Virus record (IMG/VR): IMGVR_UViG_3300034284_003265
Location: 27,194-91,193 of that record
DNA: 64,000 nucleotides
Source: a virus
Reading direction: 5' to 3' (one strand)
Shown here: piece after piece, positions 48,801 through 58,584 of the stretch
Numbering within the stretch: the first letter of the stretch is position 1
Layout of the letters: every line of letters starts with the position of its first letter
Made by a program: the position numbers and the translations under genes
Notes under the pieces: generated by a model
What the model was told of the DNA's origin: nothing
Database searches by the model: none
The model's input: the letters and a program-made list of their open reading frames with translations, nothing else

Positions 48801-49768
48801 GATTTGAAGGTCAATGGCCAGCAATTCCAATCAATGTTGGTAGTAACATTACTCCAGGCAACACTCAAGGTCTAGATTGTACAAACATTAATAGTCCAGG
48901 TAGTATTGCTTACAAACAATGTATTGCTGCTCTAGGTAACGCAGATGAATTTGATATTAATTTGATCGTGTTGCCTGGTATCTTCCGTTCTCTACACAGT
49001 TATGTTACTGAATTGGTAATCGATATGTGTGGAACTCGTCAAGATTGTTTCTACATCATGGATAACGTAGTATTCCCAGCAAGTAATCAAACTGTAGGAT
49101 TGATCGATGCTGCTATAAACAGTGTCGCTGACATTGACAGTAACTATGTAGGTACTTATTATCCTTGGGTTAAGATCCTAGATACTAATACCAACAAGAT
49201 TATTAGTGTTCCTCCTTCAGTAGTATTGCCAGCAGTTTACGCTGCTAACGATAACTCCGCTGCTGAATGGTACGCTCCAGCCGGTCTAAACCGTGGTGGT
49301 ATTCCAACCGCAGTACAAGTACTTGATCGTGTAACCCACGCTGAACGTGATACATTGTACGAAGGCCGTGTAAATCCAATCGCAGCATTCCCTGGCCAAG
49401 GTATTTGTGTATGGGGTCAAAAGACTCTACAAATTGCCCCAAGCGCTTTGGATCGTATCAATGTACGTCGTTTGTTGATCAACTTGAAGAAGTTTATCGC
49501 AAGTTCAAGCAACTACTTGGTATTCGAACAAAACGTTGCTTCTACAAGAAATCGTTTCTTGAGTATTGTAACTCCATATTTGGAATCAGTACAACAACGT
49601 AACGGTATCTACGCATTCCAAGTCAAGATGGATGCTGAAAACAATACTCCTGACTTGATTGATCGTAACATCCTCTACGGACAAATCTATATCCAACCAA
49701 CTAGAACCGCTGAGTTTATTATACTCGATTTTAATATACTCCCAACGGGCGCTCAATTTTCTGCCTAA
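45815..49768 (+). CDS. contractile tail sheath protein (gp18-like), 1317 aa
   Basis: SPGVFTRENDLS N-terminus; YYPWV, WYAPAGLNRG, WGQKTLQ and DRINVRRL C-terminal motifs. Confidence 0.95.
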   Translation: MPIQEGGTFAPTQNIVSPGVFTRENDLSALAQGVANIGGAIVAPFADGPAFFPATISEVSTLESTFGLADGVYYGPYTAKEYLQQQGIVTVVRVGGLTGYWQKSPLIVYAQPGSWDRGADAGAITTASFMYLDDTSYTTNINYQQSSSVLYSSGSNNTAVGKNNFIGLNGKITVTKASTSEISSFLLNNISSLPYYLSLSSSLASSGSKGKVLKITTTDYYNQFTASVQRRNFTVGKTTNYSLANFDFQKSRFSGSLSQSATTDSLVFDTNTFGNVAGTQNNAPYSTTYPYYSYLTASYTLSGNVITYGLVFAKLPSNQTTNFSSVTYNLAKSTGSYEFRVDNSRLSLSGAINVKFGSVAATSLVNAASTDGTGTLSGSVLYAGQQLNLGSIGPILFTKKGAPGNSSYPYYYLSSSVQAQDVSAETVISTAFAESTTTVALFSSSYFGNTAGNVIVDYDSDVLNVSSGTVRLISGSVESLRGSGTCVAGLQLKGVISGNFAKYTGTFSPNGTNSNDPCNPNTSGRQNMILAVLANTQNASTQFSNDYEVYGFNGTTLSQLTSSAFPYKNLINPNENVYNLALRYSFSNPNGSVSSGTYGYYDFSLNENDNNYIKDVFGIDPTVGNPDKQIAGQKVEAAYNYVLFEDSIKKFVAEKTSTLGWRLQVGTNSLSGSTIVGEPLKFVDQYSTNLNAGDSQFGITNAYTPWVYSQKISPFKGSANEAAVPTKFQLFKAHTLSDGTLSNNKYKIEISNVKLAGTVPGSDWGSFTLGVRAYSDTDKKPKYLEIFQNLNLDPDSANFIARRIGDRYAYITYAGKIIQYGTYANLSRYIRIEMSDVAYPVVCIPYGFESYSTPINSTANIYVPYVQYSKASIYGLAPGKYPSGTVFGAVPGTDSEIQSLYPTSSFGVGVDNNTKQYFNPLPYYGSTDSNGLNIDFDLEDKVYGTSTAKYYAQGTSASTGSLLNPSLSGSIPSIYDAVNESTYVKLRKFVLGFQGGFEGQWPAIPINVGSNITPGNTQGLDCTNINSPGSIAYKQCIAALGNADEFDINLIVLPGIFRSLHSYVTELVIDMCGTRQDCFYIMDNVVFPASNQTVGLIDAAINSVADIDSNYVGTYYPWVKILDTNTNKIISVPPSVVLPAVYAANDNSAAEWYAPAGLNRGGIPTAVQVLDRVTHAERDTLYEGRVNPIAAFPGQGICVWGQKTLQIAPSALDRINVRRLLINLKKFIASSSNYLVFEQNVASTRNRFLSIVTPYLESVQQRNGIYAFQVKMDAENNTPDLIDRNILYGQIYIQPTRTAEFIILDFNILPTGAQFSA

Positions 49769-49792
49769 TCTAGGATAAAGAAAATTAAACAG

Positions 49793-49822
49793 AACCCCGC
49801 TTAGAAATAAGCGGGGTTTTTT
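49793..49822 (+). terminator. intrinsic terminator
   Basis: AACCCCGCTTA-GAAA-TAAGCGGGGTT followed by T tract. Confidence 0.9.
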
Positions 49823-49845
49823 GTTTGATCGGTATATTTATATTT

Positions 49846-50136
49846 ATGATACTATTAACACGAATCGTTGAGGATTTAACTAACCCACAAGTTAAAAACG
49901 CCGTAGATCCATCTCTTTTAAAGTTAATTGACAAGGTAATCGATGACACAAATGTTTTGGTAGTTAATAACTTAAAAATGGTAAAGGATATTTTATCAAA
50001 AGAACCAATTGATAAAGCTAGATTAGACGTTGCACTAAGCAATTATAAACGTTATTTTAATAGAGACAACGGCGGCACACCTGAAGTGATTCGTGGTATG
50101 ACAATGCAAAATAAACTAGACGAGTTATCAAAATGA
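49846..50136 (+). CDS. hypothetical protein
   Basis: ATG at 49846 after TATTTATA (49835-49842); starts MILLTRIVED. Confidence 0.7.
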   Translation: MILLTRIVEDLTNPQVKNAVDPSLLKLIDKVIDDTNVLVVNNLKMVKDILSKEPIDKARLDVALSNYKRYFNRDNGGTPEVIRGMTMQNKLDELSK

Positions 50137-50906
50137 TTAGTTTAAACGATTTATTATTAGAAGCCAAACTTCCTCAAAGCGAGCAAGATATGGATCTTTA
50201 TGCTCGTAAATACAAAAAAACAATAGATTATTTACGTACCAAGAACAAAGTACTATTGCTTACAACCAGTAATAGATGGAGTGGTCACAAAGACGATATT
50301 GCTAAAAGTACACAACTTGCATTTAAAATACAAGAATTATTAGGCAAAGAAAAAGTAACTTTGATTGATACAACCAAATTAAATATAGTTCCGTGTGAGG
50401 GCAATGTATCGTCAAAATGGGGAAATCATTGTGGTACAAAAGATTCATCTTTAAAAGATAAAGAAAAAAACCCAACAGGAGAACATCGTTGTTGGGCTAG
50501 TATAAATAATAAAAGCGATGAATTGTGGAAAATAAGTAAAGAATTATTTGAAAGCGATGTTGTTTTATTTTTTGCTAGTGTAAGATGGGGACAAGCTAAT
50601 GGTTTTTATCAGAAATTAATTGAAAGATTGACTTGGATTGAGAACCGACATTCTACTTTGGGTGAAAGCAATATAGTAAAAGATATAGATTCAGGATTCA
50701 TTGCAACTGGACAAAATTGGAATGGCAAAGATGTTACACAAACACAAAAAGAAGTACTTCAGTTTTTTGGATTCAAAACACCAGACCAATTATTTTGGAA
50801 TTGGCAATTTACTGATAATAGTTTAGACGAAACTAAGAGTTCTTACAAAAAAGCAATTACTGTATTTGATAAAACATTTTTAAAACCATATGATAAGACT
50901 AAATAA
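50133..50906 (+). CDS. flavodoxin-fold NAD(P)H-dependent FMN reductase / iron-sulfur flavoprotein-like protein
   Basis: KVLLLTTSNR...KSTQLA, LNIVPCEG, ESDVVLFFASVRWG, QKLIERL. Confidence 0.75.
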   Translation: MISLNDLLLEAKLPQSEQDMDLYARKYKKTIDYLRTKNKVLLLTTSNRWSGHKDDIAKSTQLAFKIQELLGKEKVTLIDTTKLNIVPCEGNVSSKWGNHCGTKDSSLKDKEKNPTGEHRCWASINNKSDELWKISKELFESDVVLFFASVRWGQANGFYQKLIERLTWIENRHSTLGESNIVKDIDSGFIATGQNWNGKDVTQTQKEVLQFFGFKTPDQLFWNWQFTDNSLDETKSSYKKAITVFDKTFLKPYDKTK

Positions 50907-51924
50907 CATTTTAAGTGAGGTAATACAAGAAGGCGGCGCAGGTGGACATATGGCACATCCATTTGATTTTGTAAATACTGGCGCTAAATTGGTAGATGTA
51001 TTTGCGAAAGCAGTAAAGTCTCTGAAGCAAGGCGCCGGTAGTGTAAAGATTGACGGTGTTAATGCAAGTATCCGTATGGTAAACGGTCAATTTGTAATGG
51101 ATCGTGGATCAGCAAAACCACTTGATATCAAAGGAATGAGACCTGAAGATTTGGAGACAAGATTTGGAACCGGTCACGGATTTGTTAATATAGGTACTAA
51201 AGTTATCAATATTTTTGATGCTGCAATTCCATCCACAAGATCCGAATTGAAAACGCTTGGGTTACTAGATAATCCTAATATACTATTCAACATTGAATAT
51301 GTAGAGGGACAAACAAATGTGTTGGGATATGGTGAAATTGGAAACTTTTTAGCTATCCACGGATTAAAAGAAATTAAACCAAAAACATTTGGTAAAGACG
51401 GAAGTGTTAAATCAAGAGAAGCTGTTGAAATACCATATGATAAAACCGCAATGCAGTCTTATATAAACAAATTAAATAAGGTTGCTATGAAAAGTGGTTT
51501 TAAGGTATTGGGTAGCATTGACACTACTTTCAAATCAGAACCAAAACTAGCAAGCGTTTTGACGCAACAAGTTACATTGTATCCCACTGGCGAAGCTGTA
51601 ACTAAGTCTTTGAAAGATTGGTTAAAAGGATTAAAGTTTAAAACTCCTCTTATTACCCGTGAACAATTTTTAAAAGCGGTAGATAGTAAGAATATCAGTC
51701 AAGATTTTCCAGGTCAAGATGTAAATAAAATAGTTAATGATACTATTGTTTATTTAACCACAATTAAATTGGGAGATGAAATATTAAAAAATGCTACCAG
51801 TGAAATTGGAGACTTGGAAAAACACGAAGGTATAGTTGTGAGAGACTCAAGTATTTATGGCAATCCATTTAAAATTACAGGAAGTTTTATTATAAAAGGT
51901 CTCGGCAGTAAGTTTAAGAAATAA
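50890..51924 (+). CDS. ligase-like nucleotidyltransferase-fold protein (DUF6267-like)
   Basis: GGHMAHPFD; KIDGVN (motif I), NIEYV (III), EGIVV (IV), FKI (V). Confidence 0.6.
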   Translation: MIRLNNILSEVIQEGGAGGHMAHPFDFVNTGAKLVDVFAKAVKSLKQGAGSVKIDGVNASIRMVNGQFVMDRGSAKPLDIKGMRPEDLETRFGTGHGFVNIGTKVINIFDAAIPSTRSELKTLGLLDNPNILFNIEYVEGQTNVLGYGEIGNFLAIHGLKEIKPKTFGKDGSVKSREAVEIPYDKTAMQSYINKLNKVAMKSGFKVLGSIDTTFKSEPKLASVLTQQVTLYPTGEAVTKSLKDWLKGLKFKTPLITREQFLKAVDSKNISQDFPGQDVNKIVNDTIVYLTTIKLGDEILKNATSEIGDLEKHEGIVVRDSSIYGNPFKITGSFIIKGLGSKFKK

Positions 51925-51942
51925 ATTAAATACGTATTTGTT

Positions 51943-52584
51943 ATGAAGAAAGCATCAGGTAAAAGTAATCTAGGCATTGTTAAAGATTACCTAGAAGGTA
52001 ATCGTCCATTCGTACAAGTTGGCTATGATGCCAATTTGGAGAACAATAAACGCAAAGAAGGTGAAGAATGGGAGGACGGTCAAGGCAGAAAATGGGTTTG
52101 GAAAAATGGAAGCAAACGTAGAATTTCAAAACGTGCTACCATTATCAATGAACAACGTTGTAAATGTTGTAATATGGATGTTCGTTGGGGTAATTATTTG
52201 GATGATCGTGTGTGGCCAAAAACAGGATATTGTTATGATTGTTTTATCAATTTTCAAACTGAACTAAAAATGATGGGAATGTTTGAAGTATATAACGAAC
52301 TACAGGATCTTAAAAACGAACGTAGTATTTTAGAAGACTATAAAAGAAAGTTTGAAGAAAGTCAAACGTTCTGTCAAAAAAATCAAGGCAAACCAGTTGA
52401 ATTCTTAGAAGAAGATGGTTCATTTGAACGATGGGAAGGTGTTCAAGATTATACTAAAATTCTTGAAGATGTAACCAATGATTTAGTTAAAATCAACGTA
52501 GGTTTGGCAGAGATTAATGTTAAAATAAAAGAGTACGAAGAAAAGTATGAGTCAGCCAAATCTCAGAGAAATAATAAAAAGTGA
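51943..52584 (+). CDS. hypothetical protein with Cys cluster and coiled coil
   Basis: CKCC...CYDC; overlaps the terminase start. Confidence 0.75.
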   Translation: MKKASGKSNLGIVKDYLEGNRPFVQVGYDANLENNKRKEGEEWEDGQGRKWVWKNGSKRRISKRATIINEQRCKCCNMDVRWGNYLDDRVWPKTGYCYDCFINFQTELKMMGMFEVYNELQDLKNERSILEDYKRKFEESQTFCQKNQGKPVEFLEEDGSFERWEGVQDYTKILEDVTNDLVKINVGLAEINVKIKEYEEKYESAKSQRNNKK

Positions 52585-54136
52585 GTATAAGAAGTGTATA
52601 GAAGATCCTATATACTTCATGAAAAAATACGTCAAGATTCAACATCCTATTAGAGGTACTGTTGGATTTGAATTGTATCCATTTCAAGAAGACGCTTTAC
52701 AAGACTTCGTTGATAATCAATTAAACATTGTTCTTAAGAGTCGTCAGATGGGTATTAGTACTCTTACTGCGGCTTATAGTTTGTGGTTAATGACGTTTCA
52801 TAACGATAAGAATATTCTTTGTATTAGTATTACCCAAGAAACTGCAAAAGAAATTGTTACTAAAGTTAGATTTGCTAATGACAATTTACCAAGTTGGTTG
52901 AAAGTTCCTTGTGTAGAAGATAATAGATTATCATTGCGTTTAAAGAATGGTTCTCAAATCAAAGCAGTATCATCTGCCGGCACAGCAGGTCGTTCATCTG
53001 CACTATCATTACTAATCATTGATGAAGCTGCATTTATCGATGGCATTGAAGAAATTTGGCTATCCGCTCAATATACATTGAGTACTGGTGGTAGAGCTAT
53101 TATATTGAGTACTCCAAATGGCGTTGGCAATTTCTTCCACAAAACTTGGGTCGAAGCTGAAGAAGGAAAGAATAACTTCAAGACTATAAGATTACCATGG
53201 CATTTGCATCCAGAAAGAGATCAAGCTTGGAGAGATAAACAGACAGAATTATCCGGTGTAAAAGGTGCAGCGCAAGAATGTGATTGTGACTTTAGTACAT
53301 CTGGTAATCAAGTTGTTAGTGTAGAGGTTCTTGAGTTTTATAAACAAACGTATCTAAAAGATCCTGTAGAAAAACGTGGTAATAATCAAGATTTATGGAT
53401 TTGGGATTATCCTAATTATACCAAAAACTACATATTGACGGCGGACTGTGCTAGAGGAGACGGAGGAGATTTTAGTGCATTTCATGTTATTGATATTGAA
53501 ACCATGGAACAAGTGGCTGAATATAAAGGTCAGTTAACTACAAAAGATTATGGCAATTTATTGGTTAGTGTAGCTACCGAATATAACAATGCTTTGTTAG
53601 TGGTAGAAAATAATAACGTAGGTTGGGGAACTCTTCAACAGATTATAGATAGAGACTATCAAAATACATTTTACAGTGCAACAGATCTTACTATTGTAGA
53701 CGTAGAGAAATCTTATAGCAATAAGTTACATGCACAAGATAAAAAATTGGTAGCTGGATTTACAACGACCAGTAAAAATAGACCATTAATAGTAAGTAAT
53801 TTGGAGTTATTTTTTAGACAAAAACAAGTGATTATGAAGTCTAAAAGATTGTATGAAGAATTGAACGTGTTTATTTGGAATGGTCCAAAAGCAGAAGCGA
53901 TGCGGGGTTATAATGACGATTTGGTTATGTCTATAGGCATTGGATTGTGGGTACGAGAAACTGCATTGAGGCTTAGAAATGATCAAATCGCTTATAACAA
54001 AGCTATGATTTCTAAGATATCGAAAGTAACTAGTCCGGTTACTGTTCAGAAAGATGTAAGTCCTATTGCGGACCATCACAAAACCATGGAATTTACGGTA
54101 AACGATAAAAAAGAAAGTTTAACTTGGTTATTGTAA
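52547..54136 (+). CDS. terminase large subunit (gp17-like)
   Basis: LKSRQMGIST, IIDEAAF, STPNG, DCARGDGGDFS and DDLVM motifs. Confidence 0.96.
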   Translation: MSQPNLREIIKSEYKKCIEDPIYFMKKYVKIQHPIRGTVGFELYPFQEDALQDFVDNQLNIVLKSRQMGISTLTAAYSLWLMTFHNDKNILCISITQETAKEIVTKVRFANDNLPSWLKVPCVEDNRLSLRLKNGSQIKAVSSAGTAGRSSALSLLIIDEAAFIDGIEEIWLSAQYTLSTGGRAIILSTPNGVGNFFHKTWVEAEEGKNNFKTIRLPWHLHPERDQAWRDKQTELSGVKGAAQECDCDFSTSGNQVVSVEVLEFYKQTYLKDPVEKRGNNQDLWIWDYPNYTKNYILTADCARGDGGDFSAFHVIDIETMEQVAEYKGQLTTKDYGNLLVSVATEYNNALLVVENNNVGWGTLQQIIDRDYQNTFYSATDLTIVDVEKSYSNKLHAQDKKLVAGFTTTSKNRPLIVSNLELFFRQKQVIMKSKRLYEELNVFIWNGPKAEAMRGYNDDLVMSIGIGLWVRETALRLRNDQIAYNKAMISKISKVTSPVTVQKDVSPIADHHKTMEFTVNDKKESLTWLL

Positions 54137-54159
54137 ATACTTATATAATAGAATAATAT

Positions 54160-56058
54160 ATGGCAGATCAATCATTTCAGGAATTAAGAAATCGTTCATT
54201 ATTTGCACGTTTGAAACGTTTGTTTTCAAACGATGTAATTGTTCGTAATATCGGCGGTAAAAAATTAAAGGTAATTGATACCGATGAAATTCAGTATGCT
54301 ACAGATCGTAATAGTTTAAGAGATCGTTTTAATAGATTACGTACTACATCATATAATCAATATACAAGAGATTTCAACCTATCATATCAAAGTAGTCGTG
54401 TAGAACTATTTCGTGATTATGATACCATGGATATGGATCCAATTCTTGCATCCGCACTTGACATTTATGCAGATGAATGTACAACCAGAAATGAAATGGG
54501 TGATATTTTACAGATTAAATCTACCAATGACGAAATCAAGAATATTCTTCATAATTTATTCTATGATATTCTAAACATTGAATTCAACTTGTGGAGTTGG
54601 ACACGTTGTATGGTTAAGTACGGAGATTTTTATCTTCGTTTACACATTAGTCCAGAATACGGCGTATATATGGTTGAACCATTGAGTACCTATTATGTTA
54701 CCCGTGTTGAAAATGCACATATAACTAATAAAAATTTTGTTAAATTCCAAGTTAATCTTCCATATGGAAATAAGTTAGAAGATTTAGAAAACTACCAAAT
54801 TGCACATTTTAGATTATTGAGTGATAGCAATTTCTTGCCATATGGTAAGAGTATGTTGGAAGGCGCTCGTCGTGTTTGGAAACAATTAAGTTTGATGGAA
54901 GACGCAATGTTAATTCATCGTATCATGCGCGCTCCAGAAAAGAGAATTTTCAAAGTTGATATTGGTAATATTCCTCCAAATGAAGTTGATAATCATATGG
55001 AACGAATAATGACCCAAATGAAAAAGACTCCATATTTGGATCAACAAACAGGCGATTACAATTTACGTTTCAACCTACAAAACATGGTTGAAGACTTCTT
55101 CTTGCCAGTTCGTGGAAGTGATAGTGGTACTAGTATTGATAATTTACCAGGTCTTGAATGGACCGGTACAGACGATATTGAATATCTTCGTAATAAGATG
55201 ATGGCTGCACTCAAGATTCCAAAAGCATTCTTGGGTTATGATGAATCTTTGAGCGGTAAAGCTACTCTTGCGGCTGAAGATATTCGTTTTGCACGTACAA
55301 TTCAACGTATTCAAAGAATTATTGTTAGTGAACTGAATAAGATCGCTGTCATTCATTTATATTCACAAGGATACCGTGATGAATCTTTAGTAGACTTTAC
55401 ACTAGAATTGACAAATCCATCTACAATCTTTGAAAAAGAAAAGATCGATGTTTGGAAGAGCAAAGTTGAAGTCTCCAAAGACATGCAAGAAAATAAATTT
55501 TTTAGTAAAAAGTGGATTTATGAAAATGTATTTGGTTTAAGTGACCAAGACATGATTGATTTGCAAAAGCAATTGGTTGATGATGCTAAGGGCACATATA
55601 GATTTAAACAGATCGAAGAAGAAGGTAACGATCCAGCAATTAAATTCTTACAATCTAAAGACGAAGGTGATGGAGACGCTGGGGCCAGTCCAACAGATGG
55701 AGCCGCTGACACAGAAGCAGCCGATACAACGCCTCCAACAGAAAAACCACCCGGTGAGAGCAAGCCAGCTGATAAACAAAGCAAACCTAGTGAGTCGCCA
55801 GCAAAATTAGCGGAAAGAGATCAAACTGGAAGAAAAGATGCTAGTAAATATCCATTCGGAGAAGACCCATTAGGCGGTTTGGAAAATAATAGAAAGTCTG
55901 ATTTATCCGTAACACATAAATACAAAAACAAATCTCCATTATCATTGGAGTCGCTAAAAGGTTTGAGTGATTTGTTAAATACAGTTGAGGATGAAAAGAA
56001 AATTTTGAGAGAAGGTGAGGAAAAATCTTATATGGACGAAATAAATATAAAAGAATAA
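54160..56058 (+). CDS. portal protein (gp20-like)
   Basis: LMEDAMLIHRIMRAPEKRIFKVDIGN, EDFFLPVRG, ALKIPKAFL. Confidence 0.96.
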   Translation: MADQSFQELRNRSLFARLKRLFSNDVIVRNIGGKKLKVIDTDEIQYATDRNSLRDRFNRLRTTSYNQYTRDFNLSYQSSRVELFRDYDTMDMDPILASALDIYADECTTRNEMGDILQIKSTNDEIKNILHNLFYDILNIEFNLWSWTRCMVKYGDFYLRLHISPEYGVYMVEPLSTYYVTRVENAHITNKNFVKFQVNLPYGNKLEDLENYQIAHFRLLSDSNFLPYGKSMLEGARRVWKQLSLMEDAMLIHRIMRAPEKRIFKVDIGNIPPNEVDNHMERIMTQMKKTPYLDQQTGDYNLRFNLQNMVEDFFLPVRGSDSGTSIDNLPGLEWTGTDDIEYLRNKMMAALKIPKAFLGYDESLSGKATLAAEDIRFARTIQRIQRIIVSELNKIAVIHLYSQGYRDESLVDFTLELTNPSTIFEKEKIDVWKSKVEVSKDMQENKFFSKKWIYENVFGLSDQDMIDLQKQLVDDAKGTYRFKQIEEEGNDPAIKFLQSKDEGDGDAGASPTDGAADTEAADTTPPTEKPPGESKPADKQSKPSESPAKLAERDQTGRKDASKYPFGEDPLGGLENNRKSDLSVTHKYKNKSPLSLESLKGLSDLLNTVEDEKKILREGEEKSYMDEINIKE

Positions 56059-56110
56059 CACAATTCCTATATATTTACATAGTTGATCTATATTTATAAA
56101 TAATAATAAT

Positions 56111-56995
56111 ATGCACAAGAAAGCAAAACATTCAAAATTCAAGAATGCTGGAATATTGTTTGAGCTTCTTACACGCCAAATAACTGCGGACATTTTGGCG
56201 GGTAGAGACGAATCGTTTACTAAAAATTTAATGTTTAAATACTTCCACGAAAGTAAAGAACTTGGTAAAGAAGCACAACTATACAATTTCATACTTCAAC
56301 AATCCAGTAAGGATGCAAATTCTGCCGAACGTATTTTAAATGTAGTACTACAGACACGATCAAAATTAGACGAACGTGAGTTGAATAAACAAAAGTATAG
56401 TATTATTAAAGAGATAAAAGAAAAGTATAATATTGATGAATTTTTAAAGAACAAAATTCCAAATTATAAATTATACGCATCTGTGTATAAACTATTTGAA
56501 AATCAAGCTGATCAAGAAGTCAAGTTTAATGTTGAAGAGTTATTAGAATCTAGAGAATACGTCGTTGAAAATTTAATTAAAGAAAAGAAGAGCGGCGAGG
56601 AAAGTTTGGATGTTTATGGAAGTCAAAGTGCAGAAGTAAGATTGTTAGCTTATAAATTCTTGATTGAAAATTTTAATACTAAGTATAGTAATTTGTTACC
56701 AGCACAAAAGAAACTACTTAAAGAGTACATCACAAATATTAGTAATTCAAGCAAATTTACCAAGTTTGTTAATGAAGAATACAAGAGAGTTAGTCTCATT
56801 CTAAAGGATAATCTTCAAACAATTAATTCCGATATAGTAAAGATTAAAATTACAGAAGTTGTTAATCAGTTTTCCAACAAAAGTGTTATTGGTGTAGTAA
56901 AAGAAAATCAATTAACTTCATTGTTAAACGCTTACGAATTAGTTGAAGAAATCGAAAAGTTAAAGAATGAAATCCCATCTAAAAAAGAAGATTAA
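56111..56995 (+). CDS. head-module hypothetical protein
   Basis: 294 aa between portal and protease; TATTTATA at 56091-56098. Confidence 0.8.
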   Translation: MHKKAKHSKFKNAGILFELLTRQITADILAGRDESFTKNLMFKYFHESKELGKEAQLYNFILQQSSKDANSAERILNVVLQTRSKLDERELNKQKYSIIKEIKEKYNIDEFLKNKIPNYKLYASVYKLFENQADQEVKFNVEELLESREYVVENLIKEKKSGEESLDVYGSQSAEVRLLAYKFLIENFNTKYSNLLPAQKKLLKEYITNISNSSKFTKFVNEEYKRVSLILKDNLQTINSDIVKIKITEVVNQFSNKSVIGVVKENQLTSLLNAYELVEEIEKLKNEIPSKKED

Positions 56996-57965
56996 GTTAC
57001 TCTTAAGCAAATTAAGAGCTAAAAACGAAGCTAGTACTACTGGTACTGGCCCAGTTGCTTCTGGTCCTGTTGCTGTAGGCGGTGATGCTGCTAGAACGCC
57101 ATTCGCTTTTTCTAGAAGAGGAGCAAGACCAGATACTTATACACAATTGGGATATAAGTTAGCTAAACCAGTAAAAAGAAGTACTGGATATAAATTAGAA
57201 AATCAAATGTATAGTCAACCAGCTTATGGAACTCCAGCACAAGCTATTGAATTAGGTTCAACATACACAGATGAAAATGGATTGGTACAACACAACGATC
57301 CTGATATGGATCCTAATTTAGTTGGATATAAACAAGGCAGTTTACCATTTACTGAAGGATTTAATGGTTTGAAATATGAACAAGAGGGACAACAATCTCC
57401 ACAACCTGTTCAACAACCTGCTCCAGCTGCCACTCCTCCTCAACAACAACCAAAACAAAAAACAAACGTTAATCCAACAGTTGATGTTAAGAGTTACGAT
57501 GTATTGCCTGATTTTACATCATTCGATACAAAATTAAAGAATAGTACTGAAGTATTGAAGAATAATTTACAAAAAACTATTCAAGACAAAATTTTAGGTA
57601 AAAAGATTGTTGTAAGAGCTAGTAAGGGATACAAACAACCCGAAACCGATTACACAATTAATGTTACTGGAGTAGCTATAGATTATTATTACGATAGATA
57701 CGTAATAATAATTATAGGCCGTGAAGAAAATAAACAGAAAGTTGCTAAATTCTTTATTAAACCAGGATTTAAAATCAAAGTTCTAGGAAACGCTGATAAT
57801 TTGAAACCAAGAGATCAATATCAAGTTGCTAAATCAAAAGCATTGGTAGAACCTCAACAATCAGCTACTCCAACAAATACCATTACATCTGATGAAGAGG
57901 ATCAAAATCCCGATCAGCCAGAAGCTGGTGCTGAACAACAACCTTCTACACAACCAAAACAATAA
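56967..57965 (+). CDS. hypothetical protein with P/Q-rich linkers, possible prohead core component
   Basis: 332-aa ORF in the head module. Confidence 0.75.
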   Translation: MKSHLKKKIKLLLSKLRAKNEASTTGTGPVASGPVAVGGDAARTPFAFSRRGARPDTYTQLGYKLAKPVKRSTGYKLENQMYSQPAYGTPAQAIELGSTYTDENGLVQHNDPDMDPNLVGYKQGSLPFTEGFNGLKYEQEGQQSPQPVQQPAPAATPPQQQPKQKTNVNPTVDVKSYDVLPDFTSFDTKLKNSTEVLKNNLQKTIQDKILGKKIVVRASKGYKQPETDYTINVTGVAIDYYYDRYVIIIIGREENKQKVAKFFIKPGFKIKVLGNADNLKPRDQYQVAKSKALVEPQQSATPTNTITSDEEDQNPDQPEAGAEQQPSTQPKQ

Positions 57966-57966
57966 C

Positions 57967-58572
57967 ATGAAACAAGTACTAATCGATGTAATGCCATTTG
58001 AGTTTAAAAAGTCCGCCTTAAATGAGTCACTTAAGGACGGAAAACTACTCGTTAGTGGCGTACTACAACGTGCTGATGCAAAAAATCAAAATGGCCGTGT
58101 ATATCCAGTGGATGTATTAAAGAGAGAAGCCGAAAAATACATGCAAAACTTTGTAAAACAACGTCGTGCTATGGGTGAATTAGACCATCCAGAAAGTAGC
58201 GTTGTTAATTTGAAGAATGTAAGTCACAACATCACAGATATGGGCTGGGATGGAAAAGACTTGGTTGGAACAGTAGAAATTCTACCTACTCCAAGTGGTA
58301 ATATATTAAGAGATTTATTGCAATCAGGAATTCTTTTGGGTATTAGTAGTCGTGGATTGGGTAGTGTTAAGAAAGACATGAGAGAAGGTGCCGACGTTGT
58401 TCAAGATGATTTTGATTTAATTGCATTTGACTTCGTAAGCAATCCAAGTACTCAAGGAGCTTTTATGTATCCACAAGGAAAGATTAATGAAAGTGTTGAA
58501 CAACATAAAACAATTATTAACCCATATAGTAATGTTGAAAGAATTATCCACAACATTCTATCAGAACTATAA
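57967..58572 (+). CDS. prohead protease (gp21-like)
   Basis: NQNGRVYP, GELDHP, GISSRGLGS and DFVSNPS motifs; ATG at 57967. Confidence 0.95.
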   Translation: MKQVLIDVMPFEFKKSALNESLKDGKLLVSGVLQRADAKNQNGRVYPVDVLKREAEKYMQNFVKQRRAMGELDHPESSVVNLKNVSHNITDMGWDGKDLVGTVEILPTPSGNILRDLLQSGILLGISSRGLGSVKKDMREGADVVQDDFDLIAFDFVSNPSTQGAFMYPQGKINESVEQHKTIINPYSNVERIIHNILSEL

Positions 58573-58584
58573 TATTTATAAAGT

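Noticed and set aside
51943-52584. Terminase small subunit
   Set aside because: Only its position supports this; no recognisable gp16 motif
52547-54136. Intein or intron in terminase (also considered for primase and portal)
   Set aside because: Ordinary lengths, continuous motifs, and no intein or homing-endonuclease signatures
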